The position numbers were made by a program, and so were the translations under genes. A stretch of DNA of 64,000 bases from Felis catus (Eukaryota). The DNA is taken from assembly GCF_018350175.1 (NCBI RefSeq), contig NC_058383.1, positions 13,828,001 to 13,892,000 of the forward strand, written 5' to 3'. The first letter of the stretch is position 1; the number at the start of each line of letters is the position of its first letter. Of this stretch, positions 60,550-64,000 are shown one piece after another. The notes beneath the pieces were generated by a model. The model was given only the letters and a program-made list of their open reading frames with translations, was not told where the DNA came from and did no database searches.

Positions 60550-61400
60550 CTGTCATTTTCTTATTAGGTTTGTCCCCAAGTATTACATGATTTTTGTTAT
60601 TATAAAGGGGCTCATTTTTAAATTTTACTTTCTGTTCACTATTGCTGGTATGTAGAAAAGCTACTAACGTGTGTGGAGTTTTTTTATTTGCATATTTTAC
60701 TGAGTTCTCTTATTCTCATACATTTCTCATCTGATTGTGTTTTCTAGCTAGACTATTATTATTATTTTGTAAATAGTTTTGCCTCTTCCTTTTTTTTCGT
60801 ATTGCTGTTGGTTTTCAATTTTAAAAAAATTTTTAGTGTTTATTTATTTTTGAGAGAGAGACAGTGCCAGCGGAGGAGGGCAGAGAGAGAGAGGGAGACA
60901 CAGAATCGGAAACAGGCTCCAGGCTCTGTGCTGACAGCCCATGACACGAGGCTCGAACGGGGCTCGAGCTCGCAGACTGTGAGATCATGACCCGAGCTGA
61001 AGTCGGATGCTTAACCGACTGAGCCACCCGGGCACCCCTGTTAGTTTTTAATTTCAATGACAAGAATATTGTGTTTCTTACAGGTATAGTCCACATTGTC
61101 TATTACACCAAATATACCTGGTACATATTTCTGGGTTGAAGGGAAGGTGCTGACCATTGAGTCATTTTCCAGTTTACTTTTATGATCAGATTTATTTGTT
61201 TTTGAGTCAGTTTTAGTAGTTGAGATCTTTTCATAAAATCCACTTATTTTCAAATTTATTATAAACTCATGCATTATATTTTCTTATCTTATAGAAAATA
61301 TACCCTCCGTGTTTGTGGTCATACCGCTATTCACATTCTCAGTTTTGTTTGCTATGTGTTTTTTTTTTTTCCATGCTCAGACTTTTTTAATGCATGACCA
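60550..61400 (-). mobile_element. Degraded old L1 (ORF2-region) fragments
   Basis: attgctggtatgtagaaaagctactaa...tactgagttctcttatt...aatagttttgcctcttcc resembles antisense L1 ORF2. Confidence 0.5.
60822..61038 (-). mobile_element. CanSINE with small internal rearrangement (ggctcgaacggggctcgagctc)
   Basis: Full body. Degenerate TSD tgttggttttcaattt / tgttagtttttaattt. Confidence 0.94.
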
Positions 61401-61428
61401 GTTTTCTTTTTAAATTTTTAATAGGTAA

Positions 61429-61574
61429 GGGGCACCTGGGTGGCTCAGTTGGTTAGGTGTCCGGCTCTTGATCTGGCTCAGATGTTGATCTCAGGGTCTT
61501 GAGTTCTAACCCCACCCACGTTGGGCTCTGTGCTGGGTTGGGGTGTGGAGCCTACTTTAAAAAAAATTGTTTTT
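61429..61574 (+). mobile_element. Short-type CanSINE lacking (CT)n
   Basis: Head to gtggagcctactttaaaaaaaa. TSD ttttaataggtaa on both flanks. Confidence 0.9.
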
Positions 61575-61871
61575 TTTTTAATAGGTAACATGATCACATG
61601 GTACCAGATTTGTACGTAACCAATGTCCAAGTTCCTCTTTCTTTCCAGATTTGCGATTCAAACCATGATGTTGTTTCATTGTGTCTATAGGGCTCCAGTC
61701 AAAAGAATTCCATGAGTTTCTTGGCCAAGTGTTGCCAAATTACCCTCCACTGAAGTTGTGGGCTTTCTATTCTACTAGTAAAGTACAATCACGGGCCCAT
61801 TTTCCCCAAGGAACTTGTATCAGATGTGTATCGAAAGGAAACAGGAGTTTTCCTAATCTGCCCTTATCTTT

Positions 61872-62100
61872 TTTTTTTTTAATTTTTTTTTTAACATTTT
61901 TATTTATTATTTTTGAGACAGAGAGAGACAGAGCATGAATGGGGGAGGGGCAGAGAGAGAAGGAGACACAGAATCGGAAGCAGGCTCCAGGCTCTGAGCC
62001 ATCAGCCCAGAGCCCGACGCGGGGCTCGAACTCACGGACCGTGAGATCGTGACCTGAGCTGAAGTCGGACGCTCAACCGACTGAGCCACCCAGGCGCCCC
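61872..62100 (-). mobile_element. CanSINE (SINEC)
   Basis: Perfect TSD tgcccttatcttt (61859-61871, 62101-62113). Confidence 0.97.
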
Positions 62101-62150
62101 TGCCCTTATCTTTAAAAAAAAAAATGTATTGTGTTTGAGTCAAGGTTATT

Positions 62151-62366
62151 TTCTTTTAACATTTTTTAAAGTTTCTTATTTATTATGTATTTTTGAGAAA
62201 GAGGGGTGTGAGCAGGGGAGGGGCAGAGAGAGAGGGAGAATCTCAAGCAGCCTCACTCTCAGCACGGAGCCAAACGTGGGGCTCGAACTCACAAAACCAC
62301 GAGATTATGACCTGGGCCAGAAATCAAGAGTCAGACGCTTACCTGACTGAGCCACCCAGGCGCCCC
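62151..62366 (-). mobile_element. CanSINE, older subfamily, at the end of a short L1MB-like 3' terminus (~62376-62430)
   Basis: TSD tgagtcaaggttatt / tgagtcaagtttatt, followed by tttattgagatatagtttacatgtagtaaattcacc. Confidence 0.93.
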
Positions 62367-63254
62367 TGAGTCAAGTTTATTGAGATATAGTTTACATGTA
62401 GTAAATTCACCCTTTTTACCGTATACTGTGCAGTGTCATTTTAATTTGCATGTGTTTTATTGTAAGCATGATGTGTTATTTTTATAATCACAAGAAGGGC
62501 GATTCTAAAACCCCAAAATGTAATGAGTAACACTTGTAAATAAGACTGGTGCATTTGCACATTCTTATTTCTTTCAACCTCAGCAAATTTCGTCCTTTGG
62601 CAAACTCCGAGCACACAGAGCAATACAAAATGATTTTTTTTTTTAATGTGTTCATGCCAATTTTGGAGAAGCACAGTAAGACAAATTGTCAAGATGGAAA
62701 AGCTTAACTGGGAAGATACATTTATTGAATAATTGAAAGGAAGAGGAAATGCATTACCGATTAGCCACAAAAATGCATGACGCCTAATCTGTGCCTCAAG
62801 AGACTCATGTAAATGGGGAGTCGTAAAACTGTCTCAGCCCCTGAGTTCTTACAGTTCTTACCAGCCTTCTAACCTGCCACCCTCGCTTCTGGGTTGCAGG
62901 AGTAGGGCATCGGCGGACTGATGATCGCTTCCAGGTTTAGCTGAAGTCCGAGTGTTCTAGCAACTCTCTGTAGCTTTCCTACCCCTTCGCACTGTCTCTC
63001 TGTACCAAATATTGTAATGGACTCTTGGATTTTACCATTACCTGCTCTGTTCAGGATTTTTGTTTCGGAGGGGGCAGCAATGCGTAAATCAGAGAAAAAG
63101 CAATTAATGGTGGCAAGAGTTAGGGCTAGAACAAAAGCCCTCTGATTCATTAAACAGCCAGGTGACCTCCATCAAGTGCGTTCCCCAACTTCTCGGGGCT
63201 CATTCGCCGTCTAATCGGAGAGGATCGGATAATAAGATCCTTGCTACTCACAGA

Positions 63255-63390
63255 AAGAGCCAAGGCTCAGTAGTATCACCTGGGAAATAGAAAGGGAGAC
63301 TCTGGAGCCCCATCCCAGAATTCCTGAGTCCAAATTGGCATTTTAAGCAGGTGTGCAGGTCATTTGTATGCACCTTCAAGTGCATGGTTT
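63255..63390. mobile_element. MER5-like fragment
   Basis: atcacctggg...gccccatcccaga...gcattttaagcagg...caggtcatttgtatgcac pattern. Confidence 0.5.
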
Positions 63391-64000
63391 TCCCAGATTC
63401 TGGTCTCACACCGAAATTCTGGGCTTCTGGGTTCCCGGAGTCATTCATCATAGCCCCATAGGAATTTGCAGGGCTCACTAGGAAGATTTCGGCATTCCTG
63501 TGCACCCCCCTCTGGTTGTCCGGGATGGTGATCCAGTCTGCTCCCCGCCCCCCTAACTCTAGCTGTGTCTAGGTTGGTACTAACCGACAGTGACAAGGGG
63601 GCAACAGAGGAGACACGAAAGCCAACCCCCTTTGTCTTTACAGAGCCTTGGGAAGCAAGCCCAAGGCTGCGCCACGCCCCCTGCCAACTTGGCTGTGTTG
63701 TCCTCATTCTAGAGGCCCATTAAATAAAGAACGAGGAGATAAATATAGTCAAGCTACACAGACGAAGCACTTATCTATGTGTTTCTAATGTGCTTCCTTA
63801 CCGGCATAAGGAAAATCGAAACGATGTTCTCTGGGTGGTGTCCCTTGGAAAAATGACACTTTCTTTTATGTCAGAGAGAAACTTCGTTTGGACACTGATT
63901 TGGGGCGGGGGAACATGAATTTGAATTTAAATTTAATGAGATGGAAAATATTTATGTATTTATCCTTCACCTTCCCAGCCTGGAGAGAACAAAGCACTTC

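Noticed and set aside
18114..62350. Recurrent ORFs such as MAQSVKRPTSAQV... and ...GQRETEHERGRGRERGRHRIGNRLQ...
   Set aside because: These are translations of CanSINE copies, not a protein family.
1..64000. A previously undescribed multi-gene system, or a foreign, viral or prokaryotic insert
   Set aside because: I saw no compositional discontinuity other than the CpG island, no credible protein-coding ORF, and no LTR pair or gag/pol/env signature. The recognisable structure fits a promoter, two leader exons and known repeat classes.

Overview
This is eukaryotic, mammalian DNA. The 28 tRNA-derived CanSINE (SINEC) copies, several of a young cat-type form, point to a felid, probably the cat lineage. 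The window holds the 5' end of one + strand gene that I cannot name. It has a large CpG-island promoter (~2880-5300) with GC boxes and a (GCC)9 tract, and a first exon ending at a CAG|GTAATG donor (4240). A clean 52-nt second exon follows at 7858-7909, then more than 54 kb of intron with no further exon I can support. The two exons look like an upstream-AUG-rich 5' leader rather than a long CDS. The rest is repeats: CanSINEs (most with visible target-site duplications, three nested), antisense L1 3' fragments, L2/MIR/L3(CR1) relics, Tigger/MER DNA transposons and microsatellites. No ORF in the supplied track is a credible gene. They are GC-island, SINE or LINE artefacts, and many start at TTG/GTG. 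I found no CRISPR array, rRNA, true tRNA gene or evidence of a new biological system. The best leads are regulatory: a junction-spanning uORF or possible poison exon, a duplicated perfect MEF2 site, a CTCF-like site before exon 2, a CRE/E-box cluster and an 18-kb SINE-free zone around the promoter. Repeat subfamily names are recalled from consensus sequences and need RepeatMasker/Dfam confirmation. Boundaries of old repeats are approximate.
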